The notes beneath the pieces are model-generated. The model had not been told where the DNA came from and did no database searches. It saw only the letters and a program-made list of their open reading frames with translations. Position numbers and translations under genes: made by a program. Positions 32,139 to 41,044 of a stretch of DNA of 64,000 bases are shown one piece after another (positions within the stretch are counted from its first letter, which is position 1; each line of letters starts with the position of its first letter). The stretch covers positions 662 through 64,661 of the forward strand of contig DAOUSF010000002.1 in NCBI GenBank assembly GCA_030627385.1. The letters are read 5' to 3'. This DNA comes from Methanosarcinales archaeon. GTDB taxonomy: Archaea; Halobacteriota; Methanosarcinia; Methanosarcinales; Methanocomedenaceae.

Positions 32139-33680
32139 ATGACCTTCAAGGATACCATCGAACCAATCTTACGAAGACTCCCGGCCGTGGCAAGACCGGA
32201 GGGACATGTCCATTTCAAAAAGAAACTGACCTGGACATTGAGCATACTAGTGTTGTATTTCGCTCTGTCCAATGTTCCGCTTTTCGGCATGTCTCCTGAA
32301 TCCATAGACCTGTTCGAACAATACAGGGCATTCTTTGCAGGGGCCTCGGGCTCAATCCTGCTACTGGGTATCGGCCCCATTGTTACTGCATCCATCGTGT
32401 TGCAGTTGCTGGTGGGAGCGGATGTGATCAAAATGGACCTGAGCAACCCCCAGGACCAGGCTATCTTCCAGGGAGTCCAGAAACTGCTGGTGTTTGTGAT
32501 GATCATATTGACAGCACTGCCCCAGATTTTGGGCGGGTACATCAAGCCCGATGCCGGCCTGGCAGCAATGCTGGCAGCGGATTTTAACATCTCGGCCGCA
32601 GCCGGGCTGGACCTTGTGATATTAATAATATTCATTCAGATATTCATTGGCGGAACCCTGATATTGTTCATGGATGAGGTGGTATCCAAATGGGGTATAG
32701 GTTCCGGCGTGGGACTGTTCATTGTGGCAGGAGTGTCACAGGCGATCGTTACGGGCCTGTTCAGTATAACGCGCCCGGGAGGACCTGGCAGTGCACCAGT
32801 TGGCCTTTTACCAAAATGGCTGTATTTCACTACCGATGTGGGACTTGGCAACCTGTTCTCAGATAATGCCTTCCAGAACGTTTTCATTAATGGCGGAATC
32901 TTGGCACTGATAAGTACGGTCCTGATCTTTCTTGTGGTGGTATATGTGGAATCCACACGTATCGAGATACCTCTGGCCCATAGTGCAGTGCGGGGTGCCA
33001 GGGGCAGATTCCCTGTCAAGCTTATTTATGCCAGTGTGCTTCCCATGATACTGGTCAGGGCACTGCAGGCAAATATCCAGATGGTGGGCATGCTGCTGTT
33101 CAATAAAGGGATTACGTTTTTGGGTGAGTTCAGGGGCGGTACAGCTACCAGCGGCCTGATGTATTATTTATCGCCATTACACGGTCCCGGTGATTGGATA
33201 CCCAGTCTGGTGAAACAAAATTTTGATGACATTAATACCCAGTATGTTGCTGCAGGTTTCGTACCTGTGGATACGCCTGCCCTCTGGCAGATATTTTTAC
33301 ATGTGGGTGCGGATGCTACCATGTTGATCGTTGGAGGTGTCATCTTTGCACTGTTCTGGATTGAGACAACAGGTATGAATGCAAAGAACACGGCCCAAAA
33401 GATACATAATTCAGGTATGCAAATACCAGGATTCAGGCGGAACATCGATAGTATTGAAAAGGTTATGAACCGTTATATTCCCAGAGTTACCATTATCGGA
33501 GGTGCGTTCATCGGCTTATTGACACTGTTGGCCAGTCTCATGGGTACACTGGGAGGTGCAGGCGGAACCGGTCTGCTGCTGGCTGTGAGTATTGTGTACA
33601 GGTTGTACGAGGACCTGGCATCCGAACAGATGATGGAGATGCATCCGATGATGAGACAATTCCTTGGAGGTACTTCATAG
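32139..33680 (+). CDS. secY: Preprotein translocase subunit SecY
   Basis: About 10 TM segments. GIGPIVTASIVLQLL. Operon position. Confidence 0.95.
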   Translation: MTFKDTIEPILRRLPAVARPEGHVHFKKKLTWTLSILVLYFALSNVPLFGMSPESIDLFEQYRAFFAGASGSILLLGIGPIVTASIVLQLLVGADVIKMDLSNPQDQAIFQGVQKLLVFVMIILTALPQILGGYIKPDAGLAAMLAADFNISAAAGLDLVILIIFIQIFIGGTLILFMDEVVSKWGIGSGVGLFIVAGVSQAIVTGLFSITRPGGPGSAPVGLLPKWLYFTTDVGLGNLFSDNAFQNVFINGGILALISTVLIFLVVVYVESTRIEIPLAHSAVRGARGRFPVKLIYASVLPMILVRALQANIQMVGMLLFNKGITFLGEFRGGTATSGLMYYLSPLHGPGDWIPSLVKQNFDDINTQYVAAGFVPVDTPALWQIFLHVGADATMLIVGGVIFALFWIETTGMNAKNTAQKIHNSGMQIPGFRRNIDSIEKVMNRYIPRVTIIGGAFIGLLTLLASLMGTLGGAGGTGLLLAVSIVYRLYEDLASEQMMEMHPMMRQFLGGTS

Positions 33681-33681
33681 T

Positions 33682-34335
33682 ATGGTTAATCTGGTATTAC
33701 TTGGTGCGCCGGGTGCTGGCAAGGGCACCCAGGCTAAGATGCTGGCCGGTAAGTACGGTATCCTTCATATATCCACGGGCGATATATTACGGGAAAATGT
33801 GAGCAATAATACTGAACTGGGCCAAAAAGCGAAGGGATACATGGACAAGGGCGAACTCGTCCCTGACAGTGTACTTATTGATATTATCAGGGACAGGCTA
33901 TCAAGGCCTGATACTGACAACGGATTCCTGCTGGATGGTTATCCACGGACCATTCCCCAGGCAGAAGCGCTGGATAATATCTTTAGCCAGTTGGGAAAGA
34001 GACTGGATGTAGTGATCGATATCGAGGTTCCGGACGAGGAACTGGTAGCCAGGCTGGCAGGCAGGCGGATGTGTAAGTGCGGTGCCAGCTACCACGTAAC
34101 GTTCAATCCTCCAATGGAGGGAGGGATATGCGATGTATGCAGCGGGGAATTGTACCAGCGTGACGATGATACCGAAAACTCAGTGAAGACCAGGCTGGTC
34201 GCCTATTACAACCAGACCCACCCGCTTATTGATTATTATACCGATAAAGGATTGTTGCGTACTGTTAGTGGTACCGGGGGTATTGAGGATATCTTCGGTG
34301 AGATCACAGTCGTTATTGATAAGATATTGGAGTAG
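33682..34335 (+). CDS. adk: Adenylate kinase (long form with zinc-type lid)
   Basis: GGAGG SD. LLGAPGAGKGTQA. Lid motif CKCGASYH .. CDVCSGEL. Confidence 0.95.
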   Translation: MVNLVLLGAPGAGKGTQAKMLAGKYGILHISTGDILRENVSNNTELGQKAKGYMDKGELVPDSVLIDIIRDRLSRPDTDNGFLLDGYPRTIPQAEALDNIFSQLGKRLDVVIDIEVPDEELVARLAGRRMCKCGASYHVTFNPPMEGGICDVCSGELYQRDDDTENSVKTRLVAYYNQTHPLIDYYTDKGLLRTVSGTGGIEDIFGEITVVIDKILE

Positions 34336-34338
34336 TAC

Positions 34339-34950
34339 ATGCCAAAATCTGACTTTAAGCAGACACTGGAAAGGGCTGCACTTGCCCTTGGTTTCGGAAT
34401 GATGTTCGGGATCATCCTGCTTGGTGAACGTTTCAGGATACAGGTAGGTGAGGTAGTACAGATATTACTGGGGCCGCTGCCCGATATCCTGCCCTTCCAT
34501 ATTATGCTGTTCGTGATGGCCGCTATTACCGGCCTGTATGCATCGCTGATCCAGAAATATACCATGGATTGGGAACTGATGCGCCGGGTGCAGGACCAGA
34601 TGAAGAACTTCCAGAAGGATTTCAGGGAGGCGCAGCTTGCAGATAACCAGGCTAAAGTGAAGAAAATGGAAGCAGAGCGCTCAGCCATGATGAATGACCA
34701 GATGCAAATGACCAAACAGCAGTTCAAACCCATGGCTTATATCAGCATTATCTCGCTGCCCCTGTTCATGTGGGCGTATCTTTACATCGGCGAGCATCCT
34801 GATCCAGCCCTTATATTCCCGTTCTGGGGTGAAAAGTCGCTGACCGGATTTGCACTGGGTCCTATCCAGTACTGGATATACTGGTATTTCATCTGCAGTC
34901 TGCCTATCAGCCAGATTATCAGGAAGAGCCTGAATATCGGCGGCGTTTGA
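34339..34950 (+). CDS. DUF106 membrane protein (archaeal YidC/Oxa1/EMC3-like insertase homolog)
   Basis: Three TM segments with a coiled charged loop (MRRVQDQMKNFQKDFREAQ). Conserved position between adk and cmk. Confidence 0.75.
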   Translation: MPKSDFKQTLERAALALGFGMMFGIILLGERFRIQVGEVVQILLGPLPDILPFHIMLFVMAAITGLYASLIQKYTMDWELMRRVQDQMKNFQKDFREAQLADNQAKVKKMEAERSAMMNDQMQMTKQQFKPMAYISIISLPLFMWAYLYIGEHPDPALIFPFWGEKSLTGFALGPIQYWIYWYFICSLPISQIIRKSLNIGGV

Positions 34951-35492
34951 ATATGATAATTACAGTCAGCGGTCCACCAGGGAGCGGGAAGAGCACGCTT
35001 TCAAGGGCGATAGCTGAACATTTTAACTTGAAACTTGTGTCCTCAGGTGACGTTTTCAGGGCCATGGCAAAGGAAAATGGAGTGGATCTTGAAAAGTTCG
35101 GGCATATGGCCGAAGCTGATCCTGCCATTGACAAGGAGATCGACAGGCGGCAGGTGGAACTTTCAAAGACCAAAGGGGATTTCCTGTTCGAGGGACGTCT
35201 ATCGGGCTGGCTGATAGATGCTGACCTGAAGATAATGCTCAAGACCGATGTGGGGGTCAGGGCAAGGCGGATCGCAGGCAGAGAGAATATTTCCCTTCAG
35301 CAGGCCATGGACGAGACAATGGTGCGCCAGGAGAGTGAGGCAAAGCGGTACAGTGAGTACTATGATATCGATATATCTGACCTGACCCTGTGCGACCTGG
35401 TGATCGAGTCCAGTGTCTGGAATCAGGAAGCTACGGCGAATGTTGCTATTACAGCAATTGAATCTATGAAGGAAAAGGGGCTGAGGGGTTAG
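34947..35492 (+). CDS. cmk: Cytidylate kinase, archaeal type
   Basis: MIITVSGPPGSGKST P-loop. ATGA-type overlap with the upstream gene. Confidence 0.9.
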   Translation: MNMIITVSGPPGSGKSTLSRAIAEHFNLKLVSSGDVFRAMAKENGVDLEKFGHMAEADPAIDKEIDRRQVELSKTKGDFLFEGRLSGWLIDADLKIMLKTDVGVRARRIAGRENISLQQAMDETMVRQESEAKRYSEYYDIDISDLTLCDLVIESSVWNQEATANVAITAIESMKEKGLRG

Positions 35493-36512
35493 ATGGATCA
35501 TAAATTGCCTGCTGATATCAATCGGGAATTAGAATGCAAAGTGGAGGATACCACTGATCCTGCTTATGGATTTATTCCTAACAAGCGTCCTATAAGGGAC
35601 CATATTACTCACGGTGTTATCAATCTCGACAAACCTGCCGGACCCACCAGTCATGAGGTGGTGTCGTGGGTGAAGAAGATACTGGACCTTCCCAGGTCAG
35701 GACACGGTGGAACACTGGACCCTAAGGTTACTGGTCTTTTGCCTATTATGCTGGGCAATGCAACCAAGTCGGTTGGGGCGCTTATGACTGCGGGGAAGGA
35801 ATATATATGTTTAATGAAATTACACTCCACTGTAAAAAAGACAGTAGTTAAGGAGATCGCACAGGAGTTCACGGGACCTATCTACCAGAGACCTCCGGTA
35901 AAGTCGGCTGTAAAACGTGAGGTAAGGATACGCAATATCTATTACCTGGATATACTTGAGATCAATGGTACCAAGGTGCTGATGCGCGTGGGCTGTGAGG
36001 CGGGTACGTATATCAGGAAGCTGTGCCATGATATGGGTGAAGCTCTTGGTTCTGGTGCGCATATGCAGGAGTTGCGGAGAACCCGCAGCGGTCCGTTCAG
36101 GGAGGATGACAGCATGATGACGCTGTTCGACCTGAAGGATGCTATGGTTATGTACCAGGAGTCGGATGACGAGAGCGAACTGCGCAGGGTGATTCGTCCA
36201 ATGGAGGCGGGTCTTGTGCATCTGCCCAGGATTTTGATAAGGGATAGTGCTGTGGATGCCATCTGTCATGGTGCCAGCTTGGCTGCGCCTGGTGTGGTGA
36301 AGGTGGATACTTGTATGAACACGGGCGATATGGTGCTGGTCATGAGCTTAAAAGGCGAAGCGGTTGCGCTGGCATGGAGCCTTATGGACACGGATGCCGT
36401 GCTTGAGGCAGAGACTGGTATGGTGGCCAATACTAAGCGGGTGCTGATGCCTGAGGGTACTTATCCCAAGGGCTGGATAACGAAGACTGAAAGAAAAGAT
36501 GAAGCTGACTGA
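35493..36512 (+). CDS. cbf5: tRNA/rRNA pseudouridine synthase Cbf5 (TruB family, PUA domain)
   Basis: GVINLDKPAGPTSHEVV and GHGGTLDPKVTG (catalytic Asp). Confidence 0.93.
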   Translation: MDHKLPADINRELECKVEDTTDPAYGFIPNKRPIRDHITHGVINLDKPAGPTSHEVVSWVKKILDLPRSGHGGTLDPKVTGLLPIMLGNATKSVGALMTAGKEYICLMKLHSTVKKTVVKEIAQEFTGPIYQRPPVKSAVKREVRIRNIYYLDILEINGTKVLMRVGCEAGTYIRKLCHDMGEALGSGAHMQELRRTRSGPFREDDSMMTLFDLKDAMVMYQESDDESELRRVIRPMEAGLVHLPRILIRDSAVDAICHGASLAAPGVVKVDTCMNTGDMVLVMSLKGEAVALAWSLMDTDAVLEAETGMVANTKRVLMPEGTYPKGWITKTERKDEAD

Positions 36513-36549
36513 AAATTGTCAGCTAAACGCAAAATACGGATACCTTGAT

Positions 36550-36634
36550 GCCGAGGTAGTCTAGCGGTATGGCGCAAGCCTGGAAAGCTTGTGGGGCTTG
36601 GTTCCCCTCGGGAGTTCGAATCTCCCCCTCGGCG
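36550..36634 (+). tRNA. tRNA-Ser (anticodon GGA), class II with long variable arm
   Basis: Hand-folded. Acceptor GCCGAGG/CCUCGGC is perfect. D arm GUC(U)-AGCGGUA-(U)GGC. Anticodon stem CAAGC/GCUUG with loop CUGGAAA. Variable hairpin GGGG-CUUGGUU-CCCC. T arm GGGAG-UUCGAAU-CUCCC. Discriminator G. No encoded CCA. Confidence 0.9.
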
Positions 36635-36637
36635 CTT
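36551..36637 (+). repeat. Direct repeat, left copy (87 nt, tRNA-Ser positions 2 to 3' end plus 3 nt)
   Basis: Identical to 37735..37821 except for 2 mismatches (compared base by base). Confidence 0.95.
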
Positions 36638-36710
36638 TATTATTCTACTGTTGTTGTTATATTTTTTATAACGAAACGTTTTTAAATATATAACAATATG
36701 TACAATTTAT

Positions 36711-37268
36711 ATGTACGATTTGAGCCATATATTTACGAAATCAAATCTTAAGGTTCTCAGACTTTTGAAGAAGGAAGAGGGGTTATATATCAGGGAGATT
36801 GCAGAAATACTTGCTATATCGCCTTTTTCTGTCCACAATTCGATCAAGTTATTTAAAAGATTGGGGTTTGCCGAGGAAAAGAAAGTCAAAAACAGGAAAA
36901 CAATCTATCTGGTCAGGGATAATCCTATACTTAAAAAAATGGTTTCTTTGATAAATATTTCGGACTTATCAGGGAATAAAAACTTTAAAAAACTAATGAA
37001 ATCAGGAAAGGTAGGGGTTTACGGTAGTTTTGCATCAGGAGAGGATACTAAAGAGAGCGACATTGATCTATGGTGCTATAAGCAAGAAAAAGTTTCAAAT
37101 ATTGAACTAAGAGAAATCACCAGGGAGATTGAGAAGGACTTTGGGATGGAAGTAAAACTATTTGTTTTAAGTGACTCAAAGATAAAGGATATAATGGATA
37201 ATGACCCTGAATTTTTTTATCGGTTGAAATTGAGTTCAATAGCTGTAAATGGTGATGTGTTTGGCTGA
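36711..37268 (+). CDS. Winged-helix HTH fused to minimal nucleotidyltransferase (MNT-type antitoxin candidate)
   Basis: N-terminal LRLLKKEEGLYIREIAEILAISPFSVHNSIKLFKRLG (wHTH). C-terminal Pol-beta NTase motif VYGSFASGEDTKESDIDLW. Overlaps the downstream HEPN gene by 20 nt. Confidence 0.75.
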   Translation: MYDLSHIFTKSNLKVLRLLKKEEGLYIREIAEILAISPFSVHNSIKLFKRLGFAEEKKVKNRKTIYLVRDNPILKKMVSLINISDLSGNKNFKKLMKSGKVGVYGSFASGEDTKESDIDLWCYKQEKVSNIELREITREIEKDFGMEVKLFVLSDSKIKDIMDNDPEFFYRLKLSSIAVNGDVFG

Positions 37269-37689
37269 AGTTGAAAGATGTTTCAATAAGGGGTTATTGC
37301 AAAAGCGCGGTCCTAGTATAGATTTGGCCAGAAAGAGTATACGGCAGGCGGATATATTTCTTAAGGATGCAGGGAAATTAATTGATTCGGACATGACCCG
37401 AATGAGTGTACTTGCTTTGTATAATGCATTTTTTCATGCGGCGAGGGCATTGCTTTTTAAAGACGGGATAAAGGAGAGAAGTCATTTCTGTGTGGCAAGG
37501 TATGTGGAATCGGAGTATGTTTTGAATAATAGGCTTGATAAGAAGTTTGTTTTATTTCTCGATTCTTTGCGGGATATGAGACATAATACCCAGTATTCCC
37601 TGGATTTTGTTGAGGTTGATGAGGATTTGAATATTATCTATAACACTTGCCTTGAGTTCATTGGTGAAATGGAGAAACTCATCGAATAA
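37249..37689 (+). CDS. HEPN-domain protein (toxin candidate of an MNT/HEPN pair)
   Basis: 146 aa, all-helical-looking. ALYNAFFHAARALLFKDGI and a C-terminal LRDMRHNTQY (R..H/Y HEPN-like motif). Operonic overlap with the NTase gene. Confidence 0.65.
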   Translation: MVMCLAEVERCFNKGLLQKRGPSIDLARKSIRQADIFLKDAGKLIDSDMTRMSVLALYNAFFHAARALLFKDGIKERSHFCVARYVESEYVLNNRLDKKFVLFLDSLRDMRHNTQYSLDFVEVDEDLNIIYNTCLEFIGEMEKLIE

Positions 37690-37733
37690 TTGTAATTGCA
37701 TTTATGGTGTTCTCATATATGCAATGGAAACAC

Positions 37734-37818
37734 TCCGAAGTAGTCTAGCGGTATGGCGCAAGCTTGGAAAGCTTGTGGGGCTTGGTTCCCCTCGGGAGTT
37801 CGAATCTCCCCCTCGGCG
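37734..37818 (+). tRNA. Second tRNA-Ser(GGA)-like copy, probably a pseudo-tRNA / att remnant
   Basis: Same sequence as the first copy. The differences are U1 instead of G1 (U1:C72 mismatch), A6 instead of G6 (A6:C67 mismatch), and U32 instead of C32. Confidence 0.5.
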
Positions 37819-37821
37819 CTT
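37735..37821 (+). repeat. Direct repeat, right copy (87 nt)
   Basis: Matches 36551..36637 at 85 of 87 positions. Confidence 0.95.
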
Positions 37822-37971
37822 ACCACCTTTCTCTTATATCATTACCCCGGATTAAAAATCCGAAAGGCATCGGTAGTATGCTCAGAAATTCTATCGATAT
37901 TGGATTATTGGATTTTTAGTATTCTCCATCCCCTCTGTCGAAAAAACCACCAAACACACACCAGACCCTCC

Positions 37972-38682
37972 TCATCTCCCCTTCACCCTGCGCCTCACCA
38001 GCGAATCCCTTGCCGCGATCTCCTCAAGCACAGCTTCAAACCCCTCATCCGGGGCCAGCATCCTGTCAAGATACACCCCCGTAATACCAACCCTCGCCCG
38101 CCTGTTCAGCACCCTGATCCTCTCCTCAACAATATCCTGTCCCACCCCGATCTTCCTGGCTACCGAACCCGGCGGCAGGTCTGACAGCGGCGTTTCAACA
38201 TGCCCCTCCGGCATCGGTTCAATCAACATCAACCGTTTATCAACACCAGGAACACGGTTATTGAGCACATCCCCCAGCCCATCCGGACCCAGCTGTCCCC
38301 CGAATGCATAGAAATCCAGTTCCCTGGTAGTAGGCCCGACCAGAGGGAACGTGACCATAGTATTCCCTGGCAGGTAGATATGTGCCTTGGCAAGCCCACC
38401 CGGCGTGGCCTGTACCAGCTTCCTGCCAGTGATGCCGTGTTCATCCAGCGCCAGTTCCACCATGAATGATTGCACCACCCCCGGAATAATGATATCGATA
38501 TCGCTGGTTTGTGATACATCACCCCTGGCAAGGCTGCCGTAAACATAACTTTCAAATCCTGCATTTCCAAGGGAATACATCACACCAGCCGCCATTTGCC
38601 TGAAGTTCCCCAGCAGTTCCCACTGCCCTTGCTCATAAGTGATAGTTCTCTGGTGTCCCATGGTTGCGGTCTTGCGGCGCAT
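37972..38682 (-). CDS. Pol-beta-superfamily nucleotidyltransferase domain protein
   Basis: VYGSLARGDVSQTSDIDIII NTase motif followed by a C-terminal helical domain. Composition resembles the core genome. Confidence 0.65.
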   Translation of the reverse strand: MRRKTATMGHQRTITYEQGQWELLGNFRQMAAGVMYSLGNAGFESYVYGSLARGDVSQTSDIDIIIPGVVQSFMVELALDEHGITGRKLVQATPGGLAKAHIYLPGNTMVTFPLVGPTTRELDFYAFGGQLGPDGLGDVLNNRVPGVDKRLMLIEPMPEGHVETPLSDLPPGSVARKIGVGQDIVEERIRVLNRRARVGITGVYLDRMLAPDEGFEAVLEEIAARDSLVRRRVKGR

Positions 38683-38755
38683 TCAATATCCAGGATTGCC
38701 TTCAATCCATATAAAACACAAAGTCTAAAATGTAAAGCCCCAATAATACAAGTGC

Positions 38756-39583
38756 ATGAAAATCATCTCAGTGACAGGTTACAAAAAATCCGGCAAGACC
38801 ACCCTGGTTGAACAACTTGTACGGGAACTGGCCAAACGCGGCAGTGTGGGCACGATAAAACATATGCCCGGTCATGACCTGAATCCGGACGGTACAGATA
38901 CAGGAAAGTACATGAATGCCGGTGCCATGGCAGTACTGGGTGTGACCTCTTATGGCTCTGCAAAATTCATCCCCGGAACCGACCTTAAGAATGCTCTTGA
39001 TGAACTGGCCAACAGCGGCATGGACTATTCAGTGGTCGAAGGGTTCAAGGACAGCCGCCTGCCAAAGATCATATTGGGAGATTTGGAACTGCCGGATGAG
39101 GTAGCAAGGCTGGATAGTACCCTTGACATGGCAGATGAAGTACTTACAAACCTGCTCGACATTATAGAGCAGCAGCCTGAATACCATACCCTTGATTCCC
39201 TTATTGCAAAAGTGCGGCAGAACCCCGGGATTAGAGAAGCAGGAGCAATCGGAAGTTTTACAGGCATCGTAAGGGAGAAGACCGGGGACATGGTAACAAA
39301 AAGCCTGGAATTCGAATCATACAATGAAGTTGCCGCCAATAAGATCAGCCTCATCGAAACCGACCTGAAAGCATGTGAAGGCATCCTGGATGTAAGGATA
39401 CACCACCGCGTGGGCAGGATAGAAGCAGGGCAGGATATCTTATATATCGTAGTTGCAGCCTCACACAGGCAGCAACTCTTCCAGGCCCTGTCAGATGCCA
39501 TAGAGCGGGTGAAGGCAGAGGTTCCCATCTGGAAAAAGGAATACACAACCACAGGCGAATTCTGGGTGCAAGACCACCCGTAA
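38756..39583 (+). CDS. MobB-MoaE fusion (molybdopterin-guanine dinucleotide biosynthesis adaptor + molybdopterin synthase catalytic subunit)
   Basis: N-terminal VTGYKKSGKTTLV P-loop (MobB). C-terminal HHRVGRIEAGQDILYIVVAASHRQQLFQA .. VPIWKKEY (MoaE). Confidence 0.75.
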   Translation: MKIISVTGYKKSGKTTLVEQLVRELAKRGSVGTIKHMPGHDLNPDGTDTGKYMNAGAMAVLGVTSYGSAKFIPGTDLKNALDELANSGMDYSVVEGFKDSRLPKIILGDLELPDEVARLDSTLDMADEVLTNLLDIIEQQPEYHTLDSLIAKVRQNPGIREAGAIGSFTGIVREKTGDMVTKSLEFESYNEVAANKISLIETDLKACEGILDVRIHHRVGRIEAGQDILYIVVAASHRQQLFQALSDAIERVKAEVPIWKKEYTTTGEFWVQDHP

Positions 39584-39630
39584 AAAGATTTATTCAATCT
39601 TAAACACCTTTGTAGAGATGTGAACAAAAT

Positions 39631-41028
39631 ATGACATTATTTGGTACCAATGGAGTAAGAGGGATAGCAAATTCTGAAATGACACCCGACATGGCCCTGA
39701 ACCTCGGAAAAAGCCTGGGCACATATATGCACAGGCACGGCCTTGGCAGCAGGGTAGCGGTGGGCAGGGATACCCGCGTCTCAGGGAATATGCTAAAGTC
39801 AGCCGTCATCGCAGGATTACTGTCCACAGGCAGGAAAGTGGTGGATATAGATATACTGCCCACACCTGCGCTGCAGTACTATGTACGTGATAATGCTAAT
39901 GCGGGTGTAATGATAACCGCATCCCATAATCCCAGGGAATATAACGGCCTGAAGATAGTGGCTGGTGACGGTACCGAGTTTTCAAGAAAAGGCGAAGCAG
40001 AAGTTGAACAGATATACTATGCCGGTGAGTTCCATGCTGCACAGTGGAATGAGACTGGCAATTTTTCCAGTGACAGGACAATCCCCAGGACATACATGGA
40101 CGGGATTATCTCAAATGTGGATGCCGGTGCAATTCGCACAGCAGGTTTGACAGTGGTAGTTGACCCGGGCTGTGGGGCAGGATGCGGGGTGACGCCCATT
40201 CTATTAAGGGAACTGGGGTGCAGGGTTATAACCCTGAATGCCCAGCCAGACGGCACATTTCCAGGCAGGGCACCCGAACCCACAAGAGAGGAATTAGGCA
40301 ACCTTATGAACACTGTAAAAGCTGCCGGGGCCGACCTTGGCGTGGCCCATGACGGTGATGCGGACAGGGTGGCATTCGTGGATGAAAATGGTGAGTTCCT
40401 TGACGAGGAAGACCTCCTGGCAATAATGGCCGGGCATGTGCTCGAAGGGAAAAAAGGCAGAGTGGTAACCCCTGTAAGTTCGTCGCTGAAGGTGCGGGAC
40501 GTGACTGAATCAATGGGTTGCGAACTCCTGTGGACAGCGGTTGGAAGCATAGACGTGGCCCGGAAGATGATAGAGGCGGGTGCGGTATTCGGTGGTGAGG
40601 GCAACGGCGGCCTTATCTTCCCCGAATTCCAGTACTGCCGGGACGGCGCATTGACCGCAGCCAGGATGCTTGAGATACTTGCATCAGGCAGTAAGCTTTC
40701 AGAGCTGAAACAGGGAATACCTGAATACTACAATACAAAGAAAAAGATACATGTAAAGGACCCGAAACAGGTAGTTGAAATGCTGTTGACCCAGGATCTG
40801 CCGGGGGATGTTGGGGGTGTAGGGGATGCAGGGAGTGTCGAAGATGTCAAAGTGGACCGCACTGACGGGCTTAAGTTATGGTATCCGGACGGCTGGATAC
40901 TGATCAGGGCAAGTGGAACTGAACCGCTGGTAAGGGTATATGCAGAATCCAGTACAGCCGGACGCACCGCCGAACTGGTAGGATACGGAACAGACCTTGT
41001 GGAAAGGACCGCCCGGAAAGTACGGTAA
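39631..41028 (+). CDS. glmM: Phosphoglucosamine/phosphomannomutase (alpha-D-phosphohexomutase family)
   Basis: Active-site TASHNPREYNGLK, metal loop AHDGDADR, GEGNGG. Confidence 0.88.
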   Translation: MTLFGTNGVRGIANSEMTPDMALNLGKSLGTYMHRHGLGSRVAVGRDTRVSGNMLKSAVIAGLLSTGRKVVDIDILPTPALQYYVRDNANAGVMITASHNPREYNGLKIVAGDGTEFSRKGEAEVEQIYYAGEFHAAQWNETGNFSSDRTIPRTYMDGIISNVDAGAIRTAGLTVVVDPGCGAGCGVTPILLRELGCRVITLNAQPDGTFPGRAPEPTREELGNLMNTVKAAGADLGVAHDGDADRVAFVDENGEFLDEEDLLAIMAGHVLEGKKGRVVTPVSSSLKVRDVTESMGCELLWTAVGSIDVARKMIEAGAVFGGEGNGGLIFPEFQYCRDGALTAARMLEILASGSKLSELKQGIPEYYNTKKKIHVKDPKQVVEMLLTQDLPGDVGGVGDAGSVEDVKVDRTDGLKLWYPDGWILIRASGTEPLVRVYAESSTAGRTAELVGYGTDLVERTARKVR

Positions 41029-41044
41029 GAGGAGGAGTAACAAT

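Noticed and set aside
37940-37965. A third occurrence of CACCAAACA, the core of the repeat flanking vapBC, just right of the tRNA-bracketed cassette.
   Set aside because: Only a 9-mer is shared. One or more chance occurrences are expected on two strands of 64 kb, and there is no extended similarity.
37753-38184. 143-aa plus-strand ORF running from the second tRNA copy into the NTase gene.
   Set aside because: It begins inside the tRNA-like repeat, is antisense to a motif-bearing NTase gene, and has a Pro/His-rich low-complexity translation.
40997-41044. N-terminally extended ORF starts given in the track, for example rbcL at 40997 overlapping glmM. Others are the lipoprotein at 61535, rpl5 at 27243, rps8 at 27933, rpl6 at 28339, adk at 33664, engB at 3582 and the second CBS gene at 618.
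   Set aside because: Internal ATGs preceded by GAGGTGA/GGAGG-type SD sites give N-termini that match the conserved family starts. The extensions overlap upstream genes and look non-coding.
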